Source of the DNA: the human T2T-CHM13v2.0 reference genome, Homo sapiens
Assembly (NCBI RefSeq): GCF_009914755.1
Contig: NC_060931.1
DNA length: 64,000 bases
Reading direction: 5' to 3' (one strand)
Made by a program: the position numbers and the translations under genes. The notes beneath the pieces are model-generated. The model had not been told where the DNA came from. It saw only the letters and a program-made list of their open reading frames with translations, and searched no databases. Shown one piece after another: positions 14,374 to 25,845 of this stretch (the stretch's first letter is position 1; each line of letters starts with the position of its first letter).

Positions 14374-16181
14374 AATTGAGAAGTTTCATTATTTTGGTCC
14401 CCCTTTAAAGACAAGAGTTTAGAAAACGTGGTTGGGAGTTGTGACCATGGATTTCTGCTTCCTGTTGCTAGAAATAAAAGTTTTGATAATTACCAATATA
14501 AGCACTACCAACAAAGCCAATTTGTAGAGAGCACATTGGGATGACAGTATGCTGAAAGAAGGAAATATACCTGGATTCTGACACTGCTCTTGTCACTCAT
14601 ATCTTTATGACTATGGGCTAAGATTCCTAATATTTCCAAGCCTTCATTTCCTCATTTGTAAAATGTAGACAATATTGCTTTCCTTTAAATGTCTAGCATG
14701 CTAAAGTTATCTCTTTATAACTCAGAACTTTGGTAAGTCAGGGATGTTCAAACCTTAGGCAATCCCAGGTCCTCCAAACTCACACGACAGGAAGTGGGCA
14801 GCTCAAAGTCACAGCCAAACACAGACCATTTCAAAGAAAAATTTTCCAGAGAACAAAACCAGAAGGGCCAGATTATATTGCTAAGGAACTCTAAGACATG
14901 ACATGGACTGTGTTCTAGGCAGCACTGTTGTGTTTCCCATTTTCTGTGCTTACAATGGAGTCTTTACGGCACTTATATTATCCTTTATCAATTAATAGTT
15001 TGTATATTGATTGAGGATGATTAATGTTATGATGTATTATAAATTACTGGGCCATGAGAAACCAAGTCTAGATATAAGCAAGAATGCATATCACTTAGAT
15101 ATTACAGATTTGAAGTAATAAACACTAGGTTGCCTCCCTCTAGATAAGGAGTAAATGATTTTAAAATTTTTCTGTAGACATGAGCACTTTTTGAGATGTA
15201 TGTATAGGGAGAGAGATACATGTAGATGCTGGGTACCCATCTTGGTACTCATTCATTTTCCTTTATGTTACACAACTCTAATTTTCCTTAGGAAAATTCT
15301 AATCCTACCTCTGATCCTTCACCTTGAAATCAAAGTACATGCATGTCCAGTTATGTGAAAAATGAATTTCCTCTCTTTGATTCAGTCACTATGAGTCTGG
15401 TATTCTAACCCTTGTGAGTGGAAAAATCTCGGCTAAATGCAATGGTTCTTTAATAAATGAAACAATGCATAACCTCATTTAGAATACAAGAAATAAGAAT
15501 AAAATCACACAGACACTCCAGGTTTCCACAATCAGATTTGCAAATATCCAATATATTGATAACTCATTTTTTGTGTAACTTATGACAGAATAGGAATTAT
15601 GATACTTTGCTGGTGGGAGTGTTAAAATGGTACAATACATATGATGAGTAATTTGGAAATGTTTGTCAAAATTCAAATGCATTTACCTTTTTGCTCAGCA
15701 ATTTCATTTCTAGGATTTATTCTGCAAATAGACTCTTACATGTGAAATAAAGTAATATGTATTCCTTACATTATTATCTGTAACAGTAAAATATATCAGT
15801 CTAAAAGTCTATCAACAAGGGCCTGGATAAATGAAAAATTATCATACAGGGGAATACGTGGAGCTGTAAAAAAGAATGAGGAATTTCTTTTTGTCTAAAT
15901 ATGAACATACCTTCAAGATATGTTAGGAGAAATTTTTAAAAGTGAAGATGTTTGTGCAAAATATTTGTGTAAAAATAGAAAGAAGAAAGGAAATGTCTTT
16001 TCGTATTTGCTTGTATGTGTATGAATATCTCAGTAAAGATAGAAAATAAACTGAGAAGTATCGTTACCCACGGGGTGGAGGTGGAACATGGGTTTGGGGG
16101 ATAAGATTGGAAGGGGGATTTTTTTCACTGTATACCTTGTATTTTCAAATCTTGGGAACCACATAAACTCTTCACAACAAT

Positions 16182-16213
<32 letters not shown>

Positions 16214-16410
16214 TATTTAAATATATATATACACATATATATTTAAACAAAAAAATACAGTAACAGTAGAGTGAGGTTGTGGAGTTCTAAGCCATATATG
16301 GATTGCTGGTGCTGAAATGTCAGCTGCGTAAATTGGATGAGCGGGCTTTCTTCCACCTTCTAGAATGTCAGCTCGGTGCTGCAGTGCTGAAAAGAGTTAT
16401 CCCGTGGCAA

Positions 16411-16429
16411 GAGTGGCACCTACAGGGCA
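16411..16429 (-). promoter_or_regulatory. Conserved core motif copy 2
   Basis: Minus strand TGCCCTGTAGGTGCCACTC. Confidence 0.55.
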
Positions 16430-18030
16430 CAGTAAGAATCTTATGTTTCTTTTTTTATTTTTATTTTTCAGAGAGGTGGAGGTGGCGTATGGATAGAGGT
16501 GTAATGATTGGTTTTCTATTGGAGTTGTTGGACAAGTGTTTTGACCATCATCATAGATTTACCATCAGATACAGCTGGATACAAATCCTGTTCCTATAAT
16601 TTACTGTCTGGGTAGCTTTAGGCAAAGGCACTTATGTTTATTAAAAGCTATAGTTTCTACCCTTGTAAATTGTGGATGATAATATCTACCCTATCACAGT
16701 TTGGCTAATAAATTTTAAGTGAATTGTGTCACTTACGGAATACCAACCTTGCCGCCAAAATGTTCCTGTGATTGCTCAATGTCAGAGACAACCCCAAACC
16801 TGCATCAATAGGAAATGAGATGCTAAAGAAATACAGCCCAAGGAAGGAGCTATGAGGATGCAATCTAGAAGCTTCCCAGTCCAGCAAGTGAATGGAGAAT
16901 GCCTGGGCAGAGGGAGCAGGAGAGAGAAAGAGTGAAGGGAGAGAGGAGAGAAAGGACGTGCACACTTCAATGGCATTCTTTGAATACTTTGATGGCATAT
17001 TGGAAGCCCTGAATTTACCTCTGATTTTTCTGTTGTAAGGACAATAACTTTCTTTTTCTAAAGCTAGATTGAGGTGATTTACTTGTAATTGAAAAAAACT
17101 TCTAACAATATCTAATGGTGCATACTAAAAGCCGCTCATCCTCACTCATAATAAAAGTAGAAATTAAAAATGAGATGACATTTTCTACCTATTATATCAG
17201 CAAAAAGTTAAATTAAAATTGATAACACATTATATTGGCCAAGCTGTGGAGAAATAGGCCTTCTCATATTTTACTGATGAGCAGTTTAACAACTCCTGAA
17301 GCAGGCAAATTAAACATATTTGTTAAGATGCAAATATATGTATCTTTCGACCCAGCAATTATGCTTTTGTGTAATTTGTCCCACAGATATATACTCAATC
17401 CTGTGAAATGAGGCATGTACAAGGCTATTCAGCATTGTTCCAAAGAATAAACAATAAGCATCAAACGTTCATCACTGGAGAAGTGATTTCATTTACATGG
17501 TGGAAAACTCTGAATCCATTAAAAGGAATAAAAAAAATTTTAGAAACTGATAATGGAAAGTTCTCTATAATATATAGCTGTTTAGAAAAATACAGGGAAA
17601 GAATATGAAGAACTTGCTGTAATTTATGCTTAAAGGGGTGGGAGAAGGAATCTATGTTCATGTTTAGTTGCATGTGCACTAAAATCTCTGGAAGAATATA
17701 CAAAAAGTGGAATAGCATGGCAAAGGCTACGTAGAGGAACTTGGTAGAAAAGGGACAGAGATAAAGGGATTCTTTTTCAATGAAGACGTTTTTGCACATT
17801 TTAATTTTTGAACCCTGTAACTGCACAACCGATTCAAAAATGAAATAAGATTCCAGGGGAAAAGATTTCACTTCTATGTTGGAGCTGTGGAACTCTAAAC
17901 CCAGGGGTGGGATGTGAGGGGTCCTTAGTTTGAATTGTGTGTAGACTAGACTCCATCTTCTAGAATTTCTAATCCTTTCCAGCCTTGAGGGAACCAGTTG
18001 CAGAGCTGATCAAGAAATATCCCAGGGTTA

Positions 18031-18049
18031 CAGTGGCACCTACAGGACA
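18031..18049 (-). promoter_or_regulatory. Conserved core motif copy 3
   Basis: Minus strand TGTCCTGTAGGTGCCACTG. Confidence 0.55.
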
Positions 18050-19049
18050 AACGGAAATGTTTCAGCTTGTTTCTTGGTGCTTTTTTTGTGGAGCAGGGGG
18101 AGTCAAAGTTTAGGAGGACAGAGATAAGGAGGTGACGTTACAGTTGCTAGTTACTGCAAACATAATTTTTATACCAGTATATTAGAAGCTTAGACCTTAG
18201 AGCTAAACACCCGTGATTACAAACATCGTGGCTTTGTCACCTGCTCTTTGTTATACCCCTGTTGTATGGCTTTAGGTAAAGGAACTTAACATTTCTGAGT
18301 TATAGTGTCTACTTGAAATATGTGAAATATGCTGTCTATATTACAGGTTAATGCCTCAGTGTTTTAAGAGACTTATTTTACCAGAGAAACTCCAAACCTG
18401 GCAAACAAAGGCCTGTGAGTACTCAACCCTTAAGACAATCCTAAATGCCCCAAACCTATCCCAGCAGGAAGTGAGCTGCTAAAGAGATGTAGTCCACAGA
18501 GGAGGCCTCCAAACCTGTGGGCTACATCACCCAGAGTTCGTCAGGGCCACGGAAGATAAGGGACAAGGAGATCCTTGTGGAGAACTCATCAGGGCAGCCA
18601 GATTGGCTAAGGAGCTCACATCACCTCCAGGTCAGGATACTTTGTGTTTCCAGTCCTACACATCATGGGAATTGCTACGCACCAGGAATTGCTACACTTT
18701 TTGCTGCTTCCCATTCTCTTCCTTATCAAATGGATGATTTTTTTGATAATTATCCTATTCTTTCTCTGTCCCTTCATGTATTGCATTTGTGGTTATATTG
18801 GAGCCATAGTTTGCTGAGCCAGAAGGAACCACCACACCAGGGCCTGACTAAGAAGAATCACCCAGAAATCCTGGACTTGGAGCTATAACTAGATAAGTCT
18901 TTGTGTGGTCTCCCTCTGAGAAGAGGAAAGTGCACTTTCCATGGTATCTAATTATGGCTTCATTAGGTAGGCACTGGCGTTTTTGAAGGGATATGTGAGA
19001 GTAGAAGGGACAGTGTGTTGTTGAAGGTGTGAATTACAGCTAAAACCTC

Positions 19050-19350
19050 TGTTGTTAGCCAAGCCAGCGCTTAGTTGTCTTTCTACATTTAATGTCACTT
19101 TGATCTTCTGTTGGACACCTGGAATCCATGCCTCTCACATCTCTCAATTCACCTAGTTTGAGTGATTTTGGCTCTATCCCCGGCTCCAGAAGTGGTTGTA
19201 TGACTCAGGCCTGGCCAGTCAGAACACTGCATCCTGTTCAATTCAGGTCAGAGAGACTCAGGGCAAGCAAGATCTCTCTGCTGAGATTGGAGCTGCGAGA
19301 ATGAAGGGGAAAGGAGCCTGTCTAAGGACAGGGCCAAGACAGAGGGAGCT

Positions 19351-19383
<33 letters not shown>

Positions 19384-19565
19384 TTGAGAGAATGAGAGCG
19401 AGAGTGCGAAAGAGAAATCACAGTCGGGGGTGACATTTAAGCCTTTGGAGTAAGGCCCATTGGACATTCTCCATCTAGGCTTTTCAGTGATGAGAAAATA
19501 AACATCTTGCTTGAGCCAGGTAGACTGCGGCTTTCTATTGCTTGCAATCAAAACAGTTCTAAATC
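19050..19565 (+). mobile_element. Old MLT1 (J/K-like) LTR with a (GAGTGA)n microsatellite
   Basis: gtatgactcaggcctggccagtcaga; 3' end aaataaacatcttgcttgagccagg...ttgcttgcaatcaaaa; hexamer repeat at ~19351-19385. Confidence 0.7.
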
Positions 19566-20414
19566 AAATGGCTCTTAAACCAAAAGATGCTCAAACTCAT
19601 AATAATAAGAAAATAATTGATACAACTTTTTTTTTTTAACTCTCAGATTGATTGGCAAAAATTCAAAACATACTGTGTTGGCCAAGCTTTTGGGAAATAG
19701 ACAATTTTTACATGGCTGCCAGGAGCACAAGCTGGTACAAGCCCTGTGAAGGGCAATTTGAAAATGCCCGTAAACATGACAAATACATGTATCCTCAGAT
19801 GCACGACAAAGTGAGAATTTTTCTGTTTTTTCATTATTTTTTTCTGACTGGCAGAGAAATTCAGCAGGAATTCTCAGATATATTTAGGTATATTGACACA
19901 CATGCAAAATGGACCCTATACAAAACTTCTCATTTCAGTATTATTTTAAATGGCAAAACAATCAACTTACATGTTCATCAATAGAGAACTGGGTAAATAA
20001 ATTTTGGTGTATCCATAAACTGGGAATACTTCAAAGCTAGAGAGGTGGGGGCAAAGAGGAATTTTTATGTACTGATATACAGGATTTCCAAGATATAGTA
20101 TTATATGGAATAATTAAGACACAGAAAAAAAGGTGTTATAGTACATTATCATGCAAAATAAAAAGTTGCTTTTAAAGTATTTGCTTGTATGTGCATAAAA
20201 TGGTCTCTGGAAGTATAAAAGAAACTAATAACTTTGCTAACCTTTGATATGTAATAGGTAAAAGGGAAATTTTTTAGCATATTCTTTTTATCATTTTAAT
20301 TTGTTTTTGAGCCATATGAAAACATTACTTATTCAAAAACTAAATGAATATAAATTTTTAAATTTTCTCATTAGGACCTACAAGCTAAAGAACAGTTAAA
20401 AAACAGGCAGTGAA

Positions 20415-20671
20415 AAGATTCCAGGGGAAACGATTTCACTTCTGTGTTGGAGCTATGGAACTCTAAACCCAGGGGCGGGGTGTGAGGGGTCCTTAGTTTG
20501 AATTGTGTGTAGACTAGACTCCATCTTCTAGAATTTCTAATCCTTTCCAGCCTTGAGAGAACCAGTTGCAGATCTGTAAAGAAATATCCCAGGGTTACAG
20601 TGGCACCTACAGGACAAACGGAAATGTTTCAGCTTGTTTCTTGGTGCTTTTTTTGTGGGGCGGAAGAGTCA
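20415..20671 (+). repeat. Recent ~257-bp direct copy of 17847-18105
   Basis: Near-identical (about 95% by eye) to 17847-18105; flanked by 24-bp imperfect direct repeats at 20393-20416 and 20670-20693. Confidence 0.95.
20598..20616 (-). promoter_or_regulatory. Conserved core motif copy 4 (inside the recent duplication)
   Basis: Minus strand TGTCCTGTAGGTGCCACTG. Confidence 0.55.
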
Positions 20672-20838
20672 GTGAAACAACAGGCAGTGAAAAAAAAAAA
20701 ATACACCAATCTTACTGATCCAGGCAGTGAAATGCATAAGTTGAATGAACCAGCTTCTTCCATTTTCTATGAATATCTGGTCTATTGCAGCCCTGAGAGA
20801 TCTGTGCTATAAAGCTGGAAATAGATGTTCTGTGATGA

Positions 20839-20857
20839 GGGTGGCACCTGCAGGACA
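20839..20857 (-). promoter_or_regulatory. Conserved core motif copy 5
   Basis: Minus strand TGTCCTGCAGGTGCCACCC. Confidence 0.55.
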
Positions 20858-22429
20858 AAGTGAGAATTTTTCCTGTTTTTTTTTTTTGTTTTTTTTTTTA
20901 ATTGTTTTCTTACTAGCAGAGGAAATCAGCGGAGCATGGAGAGGGCAGGTATTGAGCATGAATTTTCCCCTTAGAGTTGCTAGATGTAAAAGTTTTACTA
21001 AAAATAATGGAGACATTGCAAACAAAACTATTTTTATATAAGGCACACACAGAGAATCAGTGTGGAATAGAGAGGTAAAAGTAGACTCTGGTAACATATA
21101 TTGGCTTTGTCACTCCCCAGCTTTGTGGATTTAGGCAAAAACCACATAACATGACTGAGCTTAGAGGCTACACCTATAAAATGAGGGCAATAAAACTCAC
21201 CTTAAAGGACTGTTGTCTCTTAACTTTTGAAGGGAGTTTCTTAGCCAGAGAAACCCTAACCTGACAAACAGTAGCCTTCAATTGCTCAATCCCTGAGGCA
21301 ATTCCAGGCCCCTAAACCCACTCACTCAGGAAATGAGATGTTGAACAGATGCAGTCCATGGAAGGGGCATCCTTCTGAAAGTCCTCACTTTAAATGGGCC
21401 ATGGAGGATAAAGGACAGGAGAGAAACTTCCAGGGTGGCTAAAGTCATATGACAAAATAGCTCACCTCAACTCTGGAAAGCCAAATGAAAGCCTTTACTT
21501 CAATTGTGATCATCTCTCCCTGTTAAGTGTGTAATGTGAATTACGGTTTTCATTTAATCATAGTTTGCTGGACTATGAGAAGCCACATTAGGACCAAGAA
21601 AAATATTCATCACCCAAAGATTCTGGACTTAGAGTGACAACAAGTTTACTTACGAGTTTGGAGTTGTTCACCTCACCTCCCTCTGAGATGTGGATGAGCA
21701 CAGTTTTTACTGTGAGTAGCGTAGCTGCACTGTATTGACATGGGCACTTCTGAACATGTACGTACAGGTAGAAGGATGTGCTGTTCCTGTGACTCAGGCC
21801 TGGACAAACAGAGCTGTCCCTCCCCACTTTATAGTGATGGTTCAGGGATAGGTACATGAGAAAATTGAAGTCAGTTAGAGTCAGGCCTAGGACTTTCTGC
21901 CCAAGTTGAAGCTATGAGAATGAAAGCCTGGTACTGCCTGGAGGTGGGGAAGGTGGGGAGAAAGACAGAGAGAGAGAAACAGAGACAGAGATTGGAGCAG
22001 AGCCAGGTTTGATGAGATCTTTGGGTTCTTGGATTGAGGCATGTCTCCAAATGCACCTACTGACTTTATTTTATCTGAATATTTATTTCTATTCTTAAAC
22101 CAATTGAGCTGCATTTTCTACCACTTGTAACTGGATTTATATGAAAGCTGTCATACCCCATCATAGAAAAAAGAAATGCAAGCTGAAACTACACAGATAA
22201 CATTTTTCACTTCTCATATTGATAAAAGTCCAGAACATTTGGTAACACACGGTGGACAAGCTGTGGGGCAGAAGGCAGTCACACACAGGATTGGAGGAAG
22301 TATAACCTGCTATAATAGAACCCTTACGGGGGGAAGTTTGAAAATTCTATAAAAATTACAAATGCATCTACCCTTTCATCCAAAAAGTCCACTTCTATGA
22401 ATTTATTGTGCATACATCCTTGCACAAGA

Positions 22430-23890
22430 GAAAGACCAGTAGGCCGGTTATTCTCCCTTGGCCTCCCTGCCTCATTTCCATTCTTTTCTGCCATGTGTTT
22501 GGTCTTTTTCTGCCATGCATTTGGTCCAGGAGGCTGACCTCTACTGAATGCAGCACACAGTATCCTCTAGTGTACTCTGTAGTATGCAGCAATATTATAA
22601 TTACTCAGGTTATCATTGGTTTGGGATGCAGTAGAAGTGAATGGCAAGGCATGATCAAATGACTATAGCTCTTAATAGCTATGGCAACATGTGGTCATTG
22701 CAGTTTGTCATCTGGCTACTCCTAATGACCTTGGAGAGCTAGAGAAAGGAAATAAAAGCCTGAAGACTTGAACTTCCAATGTAGAGAACGAGGAGAGAAT
22801 CAAAAAGCCTCAATGGTGATATTAAAATAATTCTTATTTGTAGAGTGCAGACAACTAAATATTAGGCCCAAGGACTGACTGTATGTGATGCAGAGAAGAA
22901 GCAGCATTTAGATGTTCAACATCTCCAGGTGTCATGTGCCAATGAAGGCACTAGTTAATAAGGAGTGGGATTCTGAGACTTGGAGTAGAAACAGTTGGTT
23001 AACCATGCAAGACTGTGAGTCTTGAACCCTGAAATCTCCCTGAATCTTCCTTGCCTAGGTAAGAAGCCCATCCCTTTTCCCCCTTTCCCAAGGGATTTTG
23101 ATTTCCTTTACATAAATTTCTTTTGTTGACTTAACCTAGAGCAGTTCTCTCACAAGGGGAATCAATCCTCCCCAACACAGCCTCGCCAACCCTCATTTAC
23201 CTCCAGACCCACGGTAAGAGTTAAATACCAGCAAAGCCCAAAGGGAGAGTGTGAGGCTGGCTCTGAGAGGAGATAAAAAACATACTGAATGAGTTGAGAC
23301 ATCTTGTCCCCTTGTATTGGTAGGGGTCTAGGGAGCATACAAAGGCAATGCTTCTAAGTGTGTTAGATGAAACATAAGATGATATCTGGCCACATTTATA
23401 GATAGAGTTGCTCACAGAGGATTCATAGTTTAATGTGTTGGCTGGAGCACCTGGCTGTGATTAACTGAAGCCTGGGCACTGGTGACCTACAGCTAATGAG
23501 GCTATGAGGCTGGAATTTTTCGAGTAAGCTGTACGTAGCAGAGTTCAAAGACTTGTGAATATGGAAATGTTGAGTGGATCTCTATATATACAGGTTGCAT
23601 AGCCACCTCCCACACCCAATTATAACTAGCAAGAGAGATCAGAAGATATTTTATTCATCATCCTTTATTTATTAAAAAGTGCCTTAAAAAGTTCTATCTT
23701 AAAAGCCAGATTTAGTAGGCACGTGATAATGATAGATATGTTGCCCTGGAATAGGGTCTGATTTCATGGGAATAATAAGATCCTAGAATGGTAGATGCCA
23801 AGTGGCTCTGCTTTACCATCAGAGATAAAACGGGAGTGATTATTTTAATGAGTCACAGGGACCTGGTAATAATCAGAGTGTTTGACTCAT
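22430..23890 (+). mobile_element. ERVL-class LTR piece plus internal (gag-like) remnant inserted in the L1ME of unit 5
   Basis: The L1ME breaks at ~22425 and resumes at ~23900 (ttgaaatcaacctaaatg). The insert has ERVL gag-like signatures (aaggagtgggattctgagacttgg, ctccagacccacggtaagagttaaatacc, gttcaaagacttg...ggaaatgttgagtggat). Confidence 0.65.
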
Positions 23891-24210
23891 AGGTTTATTA
23901 TATTGATATTATGTTAATGGAGTTGGTAAACAGAAAGTAGCAAGCACCTTGAAATCAACCTAAATGCTCATCAACAGGGAACTATCTAAATGAATTGTTG
24001 TACATTCATACAACGGAATCCTATGCAGTTGTGTAAAAATATAAAGAAACTTTTTATGCACTGATATAGAAATCTCTAGTGTATATTTTTACGTAAAAAA
24101 ACAAAGTACAGAATAGTCTGTATAATATGCTGCCATTTGTGTAATCAAATGAGGCAGTAACAAGTATTTATATATATAAATATGTGTATCTATATATATA
24201 AATGTGTGTG

Positions 24211-24251
<41 letters not shown>

Positions 24252-24605
24252 GAATGATGCAAGAGGTGACTAACTGTGGTCATCTGTTTTGAGGTCACAA
24301 ATAAGAAGCGGACAGACAAGGGTACTTGGTAGTGAAAGGGAGATTATTTATTATATGCCTTTTTATACTTTCTATTTTTTGAATCATGTAAATATTCTCT
24401 ATTCAAAAGCTTAGAATTTTTTATAAAAGGAAAAATGCAATTATTACACATATATAGAAGCTACAGAGCTGTAAACACACGCATAGATTTATCAAAATGA
24501 ACCGTCAGCTACATAAATTGCCTTCTTCTGTCTTCTAGAATTTCTGGTCTATGGCAGCCCTGAGAAATCAGAGTTGAAGAGCTGGAAAGAGATATTATAT
24601 GGTTA

Positions 24606-24624
24606 TAGTGGCACCTGTAGGATA
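24606..24624 (-). promoter_or_regulatory. Conserved core motif copy 6
   Basis: Minus strand TATCCTACAGGTGCCACTA. Confidence 0.5.
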
Positions 24625-25845
24625 AACTGAGAAATTTTGCTTGCTGGATTCAGGTTTTTTTTTCCCCCTAAAAAGTATGCATTAGAGGGAGGGGCTGGTG
24701 AGTCTTCAATGAAATAACTGAGCAGAAATGTTTAAATAATGAATGATGAAATATTCTAACCATAGAGCAGAGTGATGAGATAAATGTAGTTTCAGAGCCT
24801 CAAACACTTGGCTTCATGTTTTCTCTCTGCTGTTTTAGGTAAATGAAAAAAAATATCTCTGAAACACGAGTTTCTTCATGTGTAAATATGAAATATTAGT
24901 TTCTTCATGTGTAAATATGCACAACCCTGCCCATTTTGCAGAGCTGGTGTAGTATGAGAGCGAGTACATGTAACCTGCTGAATTTGCAGCCTGGCACACA
25001 GCTGGTTCTCGGTAATCTTTAACCAGTGCATTTTTGCCATTTAATGTATCCTTTGATATTACTGCACTCACCCCATAGACTCACTGTTTCAACCCCACCC
25101 CACCATGATGCATTATCACCTTTTATTCACTTTTCTACAAACAAGCTCCTCACACCAAGCCTAATTTAGATTCCTTGCATCTCTTAATATCAAACTAGTA
25201 CAGCCGCATCTCTCCACTCCTCACTGAACTCATGATTTGGGACCATTTTTTGAAACTCTTGATTTGTCTATTTCATTTTCCAGGAAACATATCACAAATT
25301 ATATTTATACATTTTTTTGTACCTGATAATAAGATGCATTTATCCACATAATGACATGACATTTTCTCCTCCGGGATTGTTATTAAGCTTGAGCCTGACC
25401 TTTTTGCACCTTCAGAATGTAAATGTTCTTCTGAATCTCTGTTAGTTTTATGTATATATGCACAGCATCATGTTTTTAGAATGATATGCTTCTGTATGTG
25501 TATAAGACTAAAGCAAAATAGAATTTGAGATCAAGAACTGAAAGAAATTCATTAGCAATCTTAAAACACGAATAAATTTAAAAGATATTGTAACTCAGTA
25601 AAGGAATATTTACTAGTGTAACAGACTAAGCAGACATGATTTTTAAAAGTAAACAAATAGTTACTAGAAATATACACAGTTATGTTTAAACCTAAAATAG
25701 AAGGTGAGTTGATTTTCTACTCCCAAGATGCTTAGACCAAATGGATAAGAGAAAACTAGACAGTAAAGGATGTGATAATTATGATTTGAAACAGTGGAGG
25801 ATCTAGACAGAATTAGGAAAAAAGAGAAGAAATAAACCTCTGTTT

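Larger units (their letters stand above)
13400..24960. repeat. Ancient degenerate tandem array of ~5 units (MLT1 end - L1ME 3' - conserved core - MIR - LTR-like)
   Basis: The same ordered set of fragments recurs at ~13.4-15.0, 15.45-16.95, 17.0-18.95, 19.05-21.75 and 21.8-24.96 kb (not every fragment is visible in every unit). Shared non-TE core ttctagaatttct...gcagc...gatat...gtggcacctrcaggacaaa. Shared LTR-like block (ccagagaaac...ctcaa.cc.t.ag.caat.c...caggaa.tgag) at ~14720, 16740, 18380 and 21245. Confidence 0.85.

Noticed and set aside
17958-17970. TTCTAGAATTTC in the cores as a heat-shock element
   Set aside because: Only two correctly phased nGAAn units are present; the third is off by one base.
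17945-18039. Core translates on the minus strand to CHCNPGIFLDQLCNW..., superficially EGF-like
   Set aside because: The cysteines are not conserved in the other copies, indels shift the frame, and stops occur; there is no codon-like conservation pattern.
18031-18050. REST/RE1 resemblance (GCACC...GGACA)
   Set aside because: The half-site spacing is wrong, the TCAG left half is absent, and the right half is truncated.
14355-24624. CRISPR-like repeat-spacer array
   Set aside because: This is human DNA; spacing is kilobases and the 'spacers' are homologous to each other, so it is a tandem duplication.
24869-24920. 22-bp direct repeat agtttcttcatgtgtaaatatg (similar small duplications at ~34842-34880 and ~37460-37484)
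   Set aside because: Ordinary slippage micro-duplications inside MIR/L1.
13400-24960. snoRNA or miRNA cluster within the array units
   Set aside because: I could see no conserved box C/D or H/ACA motifs and no conserved long hairpin across units by eye; a covariance-model search would be needed to exclude this fully.
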